From the NCBI GenBank assembly GCA_964016885.1, contig OZ024742.1, positions 362,142,001 through 362,206,000 of the forward strand: DNA of 64,000 nucleotides, written 5' to 3'. Both the position numbers and the translations under genes were made by a program. How positions within the stretch are numbered: the stretch's first letter is position 1; each line of letters opens with the position of its first letter. The stretch comes from Eledone cirrhosa. Lineage: Eukaryota. Positions 1-13,058 of this stretch are shown here, one piece after another. The notes beneath the pieces are model-generated. The model was not told the DNA's origin, searched no databases, and saw nothing but the letters and a program-made list of their open reading frames with translations.

Positions 1-501
1 CGCCTCCCCTCTTCAAAAACGAAGGAGAGGCGGTGTTTCTGTACGTAATAGCCATGGCGAAAGAGGTTGTATGGTGGACGCGTCTGGCCAACAACTGGTC
101 CGTTTCTTCCGATATCATTTCGGAAGAAGGATCAGGATGGAGAGAGAGGTGCTCCGCCCCAGCCGTTGTTATGAAAGATGGGTGAAAGTGGCGAGAATGG
201 CCCGTGTGAATGGGCCTTCACTCTACATCAGACTATAGGTGAGAAGATGAAAGAGCAAGGGAGCACCGCCCTCTGTGCTCCTGAGGAGAAGGGTTGCACA
301 CTTTTTTTCGGGGGTGTGTGCGACCCCCCCAAGGCGCCTCCTTCCTATTGAGGATTTTGTTATTAAATTTATTTTGTTATATTTTATTTTATTTGTATAT
401 CTTGTTATTGCCTCCTCCTTATTGAGGACGCCTTGTTTTGTAAACTCCCCCCATTGTACTTGTCCCACTTTTGGATGCCCTGGTGGCAAATAAAAAGAAA
501 G
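1..501 (+). mobile_element. 3' end of a Tx1/L1-clade non-LTR retrotransposon (degenerate ORF2 C-terminus + 3' UTR)
   Basis: Translates to PPLF..EAVFLYVIAMAKEVVWWTRL..RWVKVARMARVNGPSL, homologous to the ORF2 ends at 11101 and 55095; AATAAA at ~489 followed by (TA)n. Confidence 0.9.
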
Positions 502-540
<39 letters not shown>

Positions 541-569
541 CACAAACATAATTATATATTGGTGTGCAT

Positions 570-570
<1 letters not shown>

Positions 571-640
<70 letters not shown>

Positions 641-647
641 CTGGTAT

Positions 648-706
<59 letters not shown>
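571..706 (+). repeat. (AGT)n microsatellite
   Basis: Direct reading. Confidence 0.95.
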
Positions 707-844
707 TTAAAGGAAAGAGGAAGGTTTATCCTATTCTTTATTTTTCTTAAATATGTTCTCTTCATCTGGGCATGAATATAATTAGATTTGTTATTCAAAC
801 ATAGTTTCTCAGTATATATATATATATTATATATTATATATCTA

Positions 845-986
<142 letters not shown>

Positions 987-1021
987 AAAGAATAGAGGTG
1001 TAACACACAAGTTATTATATA

Positions 1022-1393
1022 TTGGTAAACGGAATGGAAAATGCTGACAAATTGTTCACAGTGAAAAATAGTTTAATTAGGAATAAATGAGAATTAGTAA
1101 TTGTATTGGTTAGTAATCAGTTTTGGTTTTAAGTTTTACCGGTTGCGCATTTCTAAATGCTTTTCAAAAATAATTTTGAGATAGAGCGTCCGTGATGTTT
1201 GATCTGATCTGAGCAAACATCACGGACGCTCTATCTCAAAATTATTTTTGAAAAGCATTTAGAAATGCGCAACCGGTAAAACTTAAAACCAAAACTGATT
1301 ACTAACCAATACAATTACTAATTCTCATTTATTCGTAATTAAACTATTTTTCACTGTGAACAATTTGTCAGCATCTTCTATTCCGTTTACCAA
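1022..1393. repeat. Long near-perfect palindrome (~180-bp arms, ~12-nt spacer)
   Basis: TTGGTAAACGGAAT...CGTGATGTTTG (1022-1201) is the reverse complement of CAAACATCACG...ATTCCGTTTACCAA (1214-1393), with a few mismatches; TA-rich flanks. Confidence 0.93.
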
Positions 1394-1824
1394 CATATAT
1401 ATATATATATCATAAAACATGTCTATAGAATCACCAGATAAAATATATACCGTTTCCTCTCCCAATTAGCATAATTAACCATAACAAGCTATAAGAATAA
1501 AGGCTCCTATGAAGTAATCTCCAACAAATAACCGAAAGCAGCTCCTTCGCGGTGGTTATTGAGCCACAACGTGACCCGTTGCAAAACACATATATATCTA
1601 TGACTTTATATATATATGTAAACCTTTATATGTAATAATCTCCCGTTAGGTTGAGATACAATTTGGCTGTATTGGGCTGCACTTACTAGCAATAAACCTA
1701 CCAGCCGTAAGCAACTAATCACATCCTTTCTAACTTGACCGCTGCTACGACACAATTCTTAGCCATTTTTAAATGTATTCTTGGCGCGATCACTTTGGAA
1801 AATTAATTGTCTAAATTTGAGCTG

Positions 1825-1902
1825 ACTTCCTGATGAATCCGAAGCTCTAGATGTCCCCTGTTATCGAATGTCTTAAAATACGGACGAAACCATGGTAGAG
1901 GT
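1825..1902 (+). ncRNA. Type I hammerhead ribozyme (family A)
   Basis: ACTTC-CTGATGA-ATCCG..CGGAC-GAAA-CCATGG-TA-GAGGT; stem I ACTTC/GAGGT, palindromic stem III ACCATGGT; homolog at 40039-40126. Confidence 0.85.
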
Positions 1903-2653
1903 AATGAAATATGTACACATTTCTTCAAAGTTTATTTTACACCTAATTATGTTTGGTTGACTGTATATCTGGTCGATTTATACATGGGATACTGGTAACA
2001 TGTATCCCAGTACAACCTGTCTCGTGGTCGGGTCGTTGGCGACTAAACTGGCAACCCCACCAAGGTTTCTTGGTGAGGAGGGTGACTTTGGACATCCTGC
2101 AGGACTAAAAACAAAACCTGTCAAAGGGAAAAGGAGCTCTTAAGAGTCAATGGCCATCCAAAATCACCGGGAGAGATGACCACTTAGCCTTTGTCAAGGC
2201 AGATTTCTAGTAGAAGGAAAACTCTGATATAGCACCTGCAACCCTGATGGTATCCAATGATGTTGACTTGTTCTTCTTTTTGGTAAATATCATCTTGGTT
2301 AAGAGAGTGGGACTGGCTTTGTGCAGTGCCTTTGCTCACTATAAAAGCTTCACGGCACAGGCATTGCTTTATATCTGGAGATCTCTCTGCACTTGTTACA
2401 TGGTACCATGGACCCAGCACTATGTGTCAATAGTTGTTACAAGTGTAGTGTTTGGACCAGAGTTTTCAAGTCGCTGGCTGGACTAAAAACTCACACACGT
2501 TCAGCGCATCGGTAGGGGTTCTCCTACATGGATATAAAGTAGTGGCCGTACTCGAAAACGAGTTGGCAGCCACCATATATATATTTATGCATATGTATTT
2601 ATATGTATATGTACGTACATGTATGTATATATATATATATATATATATGGGTA

Positions 2654-3104
2654 AAATTTCATTTCTCACTCTTAGTACAGCTGTTACTTAAATATAAGTA
2701 TGTATACGTACATACATATATGTATACAGACGTACAGTAGTATGTTTATATATATATACATACATGCACACATATATATATGTACGTATGGATTCACCGA
2801 ACATTTATTATAATGCTCGGTATGTTTGTAAACAAACATCCCGAATTAAGCCGTACAGTGTCTAGCAACCATCGTTGCTCATTTGTTCAACACTAACAAA
2901 TGAACGCTGTACTAGTTTCAAGCTTATTAGCTATCGTCAGCAACGTATACCTTCCTGCCAGATGTTTGAACGTCTGAAAGTATATACTTTCCATATGCAT
3001 ATTAACGGCTGAGCAGCCTAATTTGCATATCGAGTGAGTTAATCGGCCGGGGTACCGAAAACGACAAACGGAAAAATGAAACGAAATTTCATTTCTCACT
3101 CTTA
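2654..3104 (-). mobile_element. Retrozyme-like element family B, one ~430-bp monomer with terminal redundancy
   Basis: Begins and ends with AAATTTCATTTCTCACTCTTA (2654 and 3084); no ORF; contains an HHR; TA flanks. Confidence 0.8.
2904..2946 (-). ncRNA. Type I hammerhead ribozyme (family B)
   Basis: Minus strand: ACGTTG-CTGACGA-TAGCTAATAAGCTT-GAAA-CTAG-TA-CAGCGT. Confidence 0.88.
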
Positions 3105-4159
3105 TATATATATATATATATATAATTTAATACAATAAGAGAGATAGCTTTAAGCTAAACTCCGACTGGTAACCATCTCACTCAACAAACAGTAGGTTAT
3201 ACGTTAGTATAAACCCAATTTAAGTGTTTGGGGTGCTAACTATATATATTTTGTGGAAAGCCAGTTGTATTATTTTATATGAGATATAATTAAAGTTAAA
3301 ATATATCTCTCTTTCCAAACAATTGTTTCATTATAAGTTTTCTACAAGTTTGCAGAATGTTTCCAGTTTATGTAGAAGCCTAACATATTTTCATGTAAGA
3401 AAATATTTAGGTGGGCACTTATAAATCGTCAGTGGAAGTCCATTAAACTTTGATATAAGAAAAAATTCCTTACCACAGTTAATTTTCGTGTCCGCTAAGT
3501 TGTTCCTTCACGCATCGAATGACCGCCAAGTTTGAAATTCCAGCAGTCTTTTGACTGAGGAAGTATCATAGCGTCACGAAGCGGAAAAGGGAGACAACCA
3601 CGATTCACGAGAAAAGTAAAATAATATACACGTGGGTTAATTAGTTTTTTCAAAAACATTATCAATCCTGCGTGTTAAGAACTCAATTAATTTAAAAAAA
3701 ATAAATGTATGCGTGTATTAATTACACACGCATATAGATATTTTCTTAGGCTAAAAACTGAGAAATGATACCTAAAAACAATCACATCTCATAACTGTAA
3801 TAAATACGGAAAGTTACGCTTTAAAAGGCATTTGGGAATGTAAATCTCTGGCCAATATATATATATATATATATAAATGGAATAGAATGAGCGAAATTTC
3901 ATTTCTCACTCTTAGTACGGCACTTACTTAAATGTAAGTATGTATGTATGTATACGTACATACATATATGTATACAGACGTACAGTAGTATGTATATATA
4001 TACATACATGCACACATATATATATATATGCACGTATCGGTTTACCGAACATTTATTATAATGCTCGGTTTGTTTGTTTGTAAACAAACAAACAGCCCGA
4101 ATTACGCCGTACAGTGTTTAGGCAACCACGTCACTTTTTTGTTCAACGCTGACACAGGA

Positions 4160-4202
4160 ACGATGTACTAGTTTCAAGCTTATTAGCTATCGTCAGCATA
4201 GT
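4160..4202 (-). ncRNA. Type I hammerhead ribozyme (family B)
   Basis: ACTATG-CTGACGA-TAGCTAATAAGCTT-GAAA-CTAG-TA-CATCGT. Confidence 0.85.
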
Positions 4203-4613
4203 ATACCTTCCTGCCAGATGGTTGAACGTCTGAAAGTATATACTTTCCTTATGCATATTAACGGCTGAGCTGCCTAATTTGCATATCGAGTGAGTTTAGT
4301 CGGCTGGGCGCACCGAAAACGATAAATGGAATATACGTGCATATATATATGTGTGCATGTATGTATATATATACATACTACTGTACGTCTGTATACATAT
4401 ATGTATGTACGTATACATACATACATACTTACATTTAAGTAACTGCCATACTAAGAGTGAGAAATGAAATTTCGTTTCATTCTATTCCATTTATAGTTTT
4501 CGGTGCGCCCAGTCAATTAAACTCACTCGATATGCAAATTAGGCTGCTCAGCCGTTAATATGCATAAAGAAAGTATATACTTTCAGACGTTCAACCATCT
4601 GGCAGGAAGGTAT

Positions 4614-4655
4614 ACGATGCTGACGATAGCTAATAAGCTTGAAACTAGTACATGT
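4614..4655 (+). ncRNA. Type I hammerhead ribozyme (family B)
   Basis: ACGATG-CTGACGA-TAGCTAATAAGCTT-GAAA-CTAG-TA-CATGT. Confidence 0.85.
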
Positions 4656-4880
4656 TTCCTGTGTCAGTGTTAAACAAAAAGCTGACGTGGTTGCCTAAAC
4701 ACTGTACGGCGTAGTTCGGGCTGTTTGTTTGTTTATAAACAAACAAACCAAGCATTATAATAAATGTTCGGTAAACCGATACGTGCATATATATATGTGT
4801 GCATGTATGTATATATATATATACATACTACTGTACGTCTGTACACATATATGTATGTACGTATACATACATACATACTT

Positions 4881-5050
<170 letters not shown>

Positions 5051-5221
5051 ATATGTATGTATGTATATATGTATTATGTATATGTTTGTGTATATATACA
5101 TATAGAGTTGAACAATTATAACAAATGAAACAGCTAAATTTGAATTATCCATATATCGAGGAAACTGGATATAACCGAGCTTCTATCATCTTTACCAGGA
5201 TGTATATGGGAAAACCTATCA

Positions 5222-5265
<44 letters not shown>

Positions 5266-5340
5266 ATACATACATATGATCCAAGGCTCTGATACCATCA
5301 ACACTATAAACACAGAGCTGGCATATCTAAGAACTGACTA

Positions 5341-5396
5341 ACTGCCTGATGAGGTCATAGCCATTCAATGGCTATCATCGAAATATATATAGCAGT
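5341..5396 (+). ncRNA. Type I hammerhead ribozyme (family C)
   Basis: ACTGC-CTGATGA-GGTCATAGCCATTCAATGGCTATCATC-GAAA-TATATA-TA-GCAGT; perfect stem I; homolog at 16223-16277. Confidence 0.88.
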
Positions 5397-5436
5397 AAAT
5401 AAATGATTATGAGTTCATGCAATTGACTTATGTTTC

Positions 5437-5515
<79 letters not shown>

Positions 5516-5959
5516 TATACGCATATATATATCATATATACACACATATTTTATATATATATAGGTGTGTGTGTTTGTTTCATAGACAATTACATGAATA
5601 TATTAATCGTAATCAGTGCTTAAGTAGTGAACTTTAAATCCATCTTATAAAATGAAATAATGTTTTGTTTGTAAAATAAATGTGTCGATCGCCGCGTATA
5701 TTAGAAAATGAGAGATAAATTTTATTTTACATTATTAGTCGCTCTTTGAATCCAAATACACTTTGTTTAATTCCTAAATCTTTCTCTATACAGAGATGTA
5801 CCAATGTTAATTATCACACAGAGTCCTATAATGAAAAGATTACTCTTCACTAACTACACACACACATTCATACATACACATACACATACATACATATATT
5901 TCTAGATATTTATTTATCTATCTATATCTATCTACTTATCTATCTATTCACCAATCTAC

Positions 5960-8900
5960 CCCTCCCAGGGATGAAAAACCTGTTTTTAAAAAATTTGTGG
6001 CATAAACAATTTCAATCGTCTGACAGAAATGTTAAACGAGGCTAACGAAAATAGTGGTGGGAGGACAGCGGTAAGAGTTGTAAGCTCGCACGCTTTAGTC
6101 CTCCCCTTCCTTCCCAACTAACGTCATAGAGAAGGAAAGAAAAAATAAAAGAAAAACAGACGAATCTGCGGAGAAAAATGACGAAAACACAAATCTGGAC
6201 ATTGATTCCAACAACGAAAAAAAAAAAAATTTGAAAAGTTGCATGACACTATTAATACCACAAACAAAGACACGACAAACACAAAAATAACATTTGAAAA
6301 CAACATCATAACAGAAAGCAAAGCAGACGACAAAGTCAACACCAATAATATTTCGTTTGCACAAACAACAAAGAAATCTTTGACATATATACCTGAAAAT
6401 ATTTCAGATGTGGCACAAAGAATTACAGACGCCAAACAATACATAACTGAAGGGGAAAATGGTATTTTATCTGTAAAAATGCCTCAAGAACTCACCAAAG
6501 ACATTGAAAGTCGGACGGTCGTTTTCCGCACCATCAACAACATTTCTAAAAAACCTCAACAGCCAACACAAACAGAAATCAAAGCAGTACTTACAGAAGT
6601 ACTTAATGAAACCACTTTCATAAGAAAAGACAGACTGTATGGAAGCCTAGCGATTATTATGAAGAACGAATCGGCGGCAAAAAAATGTGCTTTGTCACCG
6701 ATTCGTTCGACAAATTTTACCTTTTATCCATCTTATATGGGTAAAAGAACTCAGCGCATATGGCTGGATGCAATGATGCCAGATGTGGACTACTGCTGGC
6801 TCATAACTGGCTTCATCGATCCAGCGAATGACAACGTGATTTCCATTGGGAAAACCACAGGCAATGCGTTCAGTGGAACAGGTATAGAACTTGTAGTGCA
6901 AATGAAGCCTGAACGCATCGCCCAAATACCCGACAGAATCCTATTAGAGGGCCACGGGTATATAAACATTAGCGTAGGGGGGAGAAGGCCGTCCTGTCAT
7001 ATGTGTGCAGGCAGAGGGCACCTGAAGGCGGCTTGTCCCCAACTCAACAAAAAGAAAACCCTGCTACCAACACCAGCTCCAGCACCACCACAACAGCTAA
7101 ACAAACGACAAACCTCAGTCCCACCCAACCCGTCCCTCAGTAAAACTACACCACCACCACAACACAAACAGTCACAACACATTACCCAAAAACAAAATAC
7201 AGTCCCACCCAACCCCTCACTCAATAAAACAACACAACCACCGCAGCCACAACACACAACACTGTCTAACATAGTGACATCCATCTCCCCCACAAAGAAA
7301 ACCAACACGGAAACATTACCAGCAAACATACCTCTTCCCTCCAACACTGAAGATAACCCAACGAATTCGGAGGAAGAAACGGAGTCCTTCAGACAGATTA
7401 AAAGGAAAAAAAGAAAACATGTGCAAAACACACAAGGCCAAACAACCCCTACCCAAATGTCATCACAATCCAACAAAACACAAAACACCCCTCCAGCAAC
7501 AAACAAAACCAAACCTGCCCCTCCCCTCTTCGAAACACTCACACCATCCGAAAAAAAGACATTACACTATACTTACATCAGCAGAAACAATAATAAATTA
7601 AATGAACTCATAAACAATAATCCTTCGGTACAAACCGAAGGTGTAAACTTTGTTTCTTCAGAAAACTATGTGTTAAGAGTAGGATGTTTGAATGCACGTG
7701 GCCTGGGCTCAACTTGGAAGCAAGCAAAGCTTCTAAATGACCTCAGGTCACGTGGTATAAATGTAATGGTTATCTGTGAGACTCGGATCAGCGTCGTGCG
7801 GCAGCTGGCCCCTACCTTCGATGACTTTGAGGTGCATGCATCTCTCTGTCAACCTGGAGGTGGGGGTGGGGTTGTCGTACTGCTGGAAAAACACCTGGGT
7901 CTCGCCGTACAGGTTGTTCACTCAGACCAGGAGGGTCGTTTGTTGGTGCTAGACGTTGGCAGTAGTGAAGGTGCGGCCTTGAGACTGGTCGCCGTCTACT
8001 CCCCTTTCGGAGCTGAACGGCCCGACTTCTTCCAGCGTTTGGAGACTTTTCTGGGAACGTCGCGTTCCCTGCTTCTAGCGGGGGATTGGAATGACATCCT
8101 AGATGCACGTTGGGACTATGCAGGAGCATGTCCTAATAGAGGGGGGTGTAACAGCCTCAAGGGGTTACTCGACCGTTTTAACTTGGTCGATAGATATCGA
8201 CTAGATTTTCCAACTGTGCCAACCTGGAATTGAACGAACCACAGTGGTTAATCTAGATCGTACTTAGATAGATTCTTAGTTAGAAGTAAGGATAGGGACA
8301 TATTAAGCTGTACAGAAATGCTCACGCTTGGCTATACGGATCACAAATTAGTGACCTGCGTAGTCAATCTCGAGAAAACACATAAACAGGGTCCCGGTTA
8401 CTGGAAACTTAATTTGTCTTTACCGGCAAAAGAGACTTACAGAAACCGGATTAGCAGATTAGTTAAGGAGAGGTTGACGGGTGCAATCGTCAACAACCGA
8501 TGGTGGGCTTCTCTCAAAAGAGAGATTAGAACAGAATCAATAAGTTATAGCAAGATGTTAGCTGCCGATAGGAATAGAAACGAGAAAGAATTAAGAGGTA
8601 AATTAGAAGAGGCAATCAAGAGCGAAGAAGTGGCCAGAGAGCTAGCATCGAGGACGGCCTTGAACCAGTTTTTCGATGCAAAGCACGAAGGCTGCGTCAT
8701 TCGAAGTAAAATACGTGCTCTAGGTAATGAGGGGGCCAAAGTCGTTGGCTGGGCTCGCTTGACAGAAGCTAAGAGTGGAAATCGATCCACCATCCGGTCT
8801 TTGCAAGACAGGGATGGACGGGTGATCCGGGAGCCTAAGCAGATGTGCGAGGCCTTTCAAAGGCACTTTGCCCGATTATTCGGGGGAGGCGAGGGTCCGG

Positions 8901-11316
8901 ACGGGGACGGGGATTTCGGTCCATACCTCGACGGCCTGCCGCGTCTCTCGAGCGAAAAGGCAGAGTCCTGCGAGGGACCACTCTCGGCTGATGAGATCGG
9001 GGATGCGCTGAGCCAATGCAGCAGACGCAAATCTCCAGGTCTCGATGGTATACCTTACGAACTTTATTTAGCAATGCCGGTCTTCTCCGAAATCCTCGAA
9101 GCGGTCTACTGCAATTGGCAGCAGAACGGGAGAATTCCTTGTTCTGTAGCCAAGGGCGTAGTCTCGCTGGTGAGGAAGGACGAGAACAAGGGGGATAGTG
9201 TAAATAATTTTCGGCCCATAACCCTGCTAAACACAGAGTTAAAGATTTTGGCCAAGGTGTTAGCAAAGAGGTTGGCGTTTGTCGTGGGTGGCCTGGTGGG
9301 AGATGCGCAGACATGTGCTATCCCATCCAGGTCCATTCACGATAACCTCCACCTCATGCGATACATCATAGAGAGGGTTGGCAACAAACCCGGCTTCGGT
9401 GGGGCCCTGATCAACTTGGATCAGTCTAAAGCCTTCGATAGGGTCGACCATGGTTACCTGGATGCGGTGCTAGCGGCGGCTGGGTTCGGTTCTGTTTTCA
9501 GAGGCTGGATCACTGCCTTACATAGCAACCACATCTGTTCTAGGATCAAGGTGAATGGCTACCTTTCGAAGCCGTTCGAAATCACACGATCCATTCGACA
9601 GGGGTGCCCTCTCTCCTCCCTTCTGTACGTATTTACTCTCGAGCCTTTACTGAGGAAGTTGGAGTTGTTGCAGGGTATCCCCCTGGAACCAGGATTGAGC
9701 AAAGCGGTGTCGGCCTACGCCGATGACGTAACAGTAATGGTATCGACCGACTCGGAGATCGAGGCGATCGGTACCTTACTGGAGGATTACGAAAGGTTGT
9801 CAGGAGCGAAACTGAACCGGGAAAAATCCATCGGGCTGCAACTCGGAACGTGGAGAGGCAGACCGATGCCTCCCAACGTTGTCGTCGGACACTGGACGGA
9901 GGGCCCGGTGAAGTTGCTTGGGGTATGGTTTGGATCGGACCTCCAGGTGGAAAAGAACTGGGACGAGGTTACGAACAAGGTGTTCGCACTAACCCAGAAA
10001 TGGGCCAAGTGTAAGCTGTCCCTAAAAGGTCGGGCGGAGGTGGCGAACATTTACATAGCGTCCGTCACTTACTACCGCCTGACTGTCGTGCCTTGCCCTA
10101 AGAAAACACTCACCACCATGGAACGCATGCTCTTCCAATTTCTTTGGAAGAAGCGCCCTCCTATGGTGAGAAGATCCATCTGCTGCCAACAACCTTCGAA
10201 AGGAGAGCTGGGGATGCCGTGGTTGATGATGCGTAGGCACGCATTAAAGCTACGGCACCTACAGGTATTCCTCACTGGTCAACCGGTGTGGGCTCCGTTC
10301 GTGAAACGAGCCTTTCCGAGACTCGTCTCGCTCACCGAGTTACAGTCCTGGGTCAAGCAAAGATCCGGAAAACTGGGAGACTGGCACACTGAGTGTGCTC
10401 AGGCGCTCAGGGCTCTCTGGCAAGCGGGCCAGACCATCGGTGGAGAATCCACCTCATCATTCTATAGAGGGCTGGTGGTTAGCAGGGGCGATGACACCCT
10501 TGGAGAGTCGCTGGACATGGAAGAGGACGAACTGGCCAGCCTGTTCGGTAGGACTTTCGGCCCGGGACCAATGGACAACTTCCAGAAGTCACTAGCCTGG
10601 CAGTGCTACGGGGGGGGGGGGTTACCCGTTCGAGAGAGGCTCTACAGACACGGGCGCCCGGGCAGGGATCCCTTGAAAAAGATTTGCCCTAGATTCGTGC
10701 GTCACGAAGAAACCGTTGCGCACGCATTGGTGCAATGTCTGGGCGTGGCTGATCTGTGGGGCTACGCCGAACGACTGCTGTCGCGGGCGGCGCCGATTCG
10801 ATTGACCGCCGAGTCCGTGATGACAATCAAGCCGCCTCCCCTCTTCACAAAGGAAGCAAAGGCGGTTTTTCTGTGCGTAATAGCCATGTTGAAAGAGGTT
10901 GTTTGGTGGACACGATTGAAAGGTCTGAGGTCAGGCAACTTCCTCTCTGGCCATAGTCTGGTCTACTTCTTCCGATATCACTTCGGAAGAAGGATAAGAA
11001 TGGAGAGAGAGGTGCTTGGCCACAGGCAGTTTTATGAAAGGTGGGTGATAGTGGCGAGAATGGCTCGTGTAAATGGGCCTTCTCTGTATACCATCCTGTA
11101 GGTAAAGAAGTGAAGGAGAGGGGAGCACCTTCTCCATGTGCTCCCCGGGCAAAGGATTGCACACTTTTTCGGGTGTGTGTGCAACCCCCATCACGTCCCC
11201 TCCCTTTTGAGGTTGTTTTCGATTATTTTCATTTTCTACCCTTTTTACTCGATTTTATGTAAACTCCCCCTTTGTATTTGTCCCTTCTTTTAATGCCTTT
11301 ATGGTAAATAAAGAAA
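5960..11316 (+). mobile_element. Near full-length Tx1/L1-clade LINE (5' boundary approximate)
   Basis: ORF1-like region with CCHC knuckle, APE endonuclease, RT, 3' UTR ending AATAAAGAAA. Confidence 0.9.
6239..11101 (+). pseudogene. ORF1 (gag-like, CHMCAGRGHLKAAC) fused in frame to APE endonuclease and reverse transcriptase; two nonsense codons (8231, 8249)
   Basis: Motifs LNARGL, ICETR, AGDWN, SRSYLDR, TDHK (APE); FRPITLLN, LDQSKAFDRVDH, RQGCPLS, AYADD (RT); ORFs 6239-8233 and 8318-11101 share a frame. Confidence 0.9.
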
Positions 11317-11542
11317 TATATCTATATGTTTATATATCTGGGATTCCTTTACACAAACAAATATATAGCGGTCATGCGACTAAATTCACACACAGAGACG
11401 GGGGTGCAATGTGGCAGCATGCTACTTCGTCCGTCTCTGAGTCAAAAACATAAACACATACTTTGTTTTTCTTTGTTTTTTCTTTGCTTGTTTCTTTAAA
11501 GTTTACCACTATTCCGTTGTCATACATCTATTACGCAATTTT

Positions 11543-11600
11543 ACACCTGATGAAGTCACCGAGTTCTTACGCAACTTGGACACTGAAATGTGCATAGTGT
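11543..11600 (+). ncRNA. Type I hammerhead ribozyme (family D)
   Basis: ACAC-CTGATGA-AGT..ACT-GAAA-TGTGCA-TA-GTGT. Confidence 0.8.
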
Positions 11601-11812
11601 TTGCAGAAATAAATACTTAAGGAAATTTAACATATTTGGCCTCCTGTCATTTCCCTTTATATATATATACTATAAGAATAAGGGAACAAGTATTCAGTGT
11701 TGCATCATAACATATTTAATAACATATTACATATGTTTCTCCCATACTATGCTTCCTATATATTTTCGTCCCCGATTCACACATTGAATCGGAGACGCGA
11801 ACATATAGGATG

Positions 11813-11902
11813 CATATCTGATGATCTTTCGATTACAGAGTCAGGTTCGATCTATAATAGGTCTTTCCTCGAGGTGATCGATAATGAAACATATGTAATA
11901 TG
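11813..11902 (+). ncRNA. Type I hammerhead ribozyme (family E), extended stem II
   Basis: CATAT-CTGATGA-TCTTTCGATTAC..GTGATCGATAAT-GAAA-CATATG-TA-ATATG. Confidence 0.75.
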
Positions 11903-12024
11903 TTATGATGCAACACTGAATCCTTATTTCTTTATTCTTATAGTATTATACTCTGCTCTGCGCGAGCACCGAGTGCTCAACCGGCATACTGCATACGGAC
12001 GCATTTATTCTTGCAACTATATAC

Positions 12025-12079
<55 letters not shown>

Positions 12080-12082
<3 letters not shown>

Positions 12083-12984
12083 TAATAAAATAATGAATAA
12101 ACAAAGTAACAGTTCCTTATATTAAAAAAATTCATCATTTTACGATCGTTTCTAGGATATATATGTGTTAGAGTTGGTATGCATATTCTATAGATCTATG
12201 TACAATATTTATACAAACTATCAGAGGGAATATACATACCTACACATATATATATGCTGTCTTCAGAAATAATGATATTTGTTTATTGAAAAAAACAAAG
12301 ATTCAATACAATAGGTCTGTTTGGGAACAGGTTTTGAATTGACCAATAGAGAGATAGTGAGGGTCAAGATAGTAATATAGTAGTAGAAGAACCTTAAATT
12401 ATGGGTAGAGGAAGGTAGATTTCAGTTTTGGATGGAAAAGAATATTATGAATGAAGGATTATTTTAGGGAAGAAATAGGTCATATGCTGACCTCAGAAAT
12501 AATTTTATTTGTTCATTGAATAAAACCAACAAAGATCTAATATATTCTGTCTGTTTGGTAAGAGGTTTAGAATTAACCAATAGAAAGTTAATAATTGGCC
12601 AAATGGTAAAATAGTAGTAATTGAAGCTTATTTTAGGGGTGAAAATAGGTCAGGTGGTCAGTAAAAGGTATACAAGCGGTTGCTGTTATAAAATAGTAAT
12701 GCCAATACAAATATCTAAGGTGACTAAAGTTTTAAGATAAGAATGTTAGTGAAAAAAATACATCTATGAAAAGAATATAAATTAATTTAATTGATGGGTA
12801 TATTTATATTGATAAAATTATACTAATACATATAGATATGATAAATAAGAGTTAGATGCAGTTGAAAAGTGGTGTTAAAGATGAGGGGAAATTAAGAGAA
12901 TATAAAAATAATATATATATATATATATACTTATATATATATATATACACACATATATACACATACACACACACACATACACAC

Positions 12985-13058
<74 letters not shown>

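Noticed and set aside
1405-1460. Type II hammerhead on the minus strand (GAAA..CTGGTGA)
   Set aside because: Core is non-canonical, not conserved in the 39771 copy, and stem I does not form
3545-3590. CTGAGGA...GAAG possible hammerhead
   Set aside because: No GAAA and no convincing stems II/III
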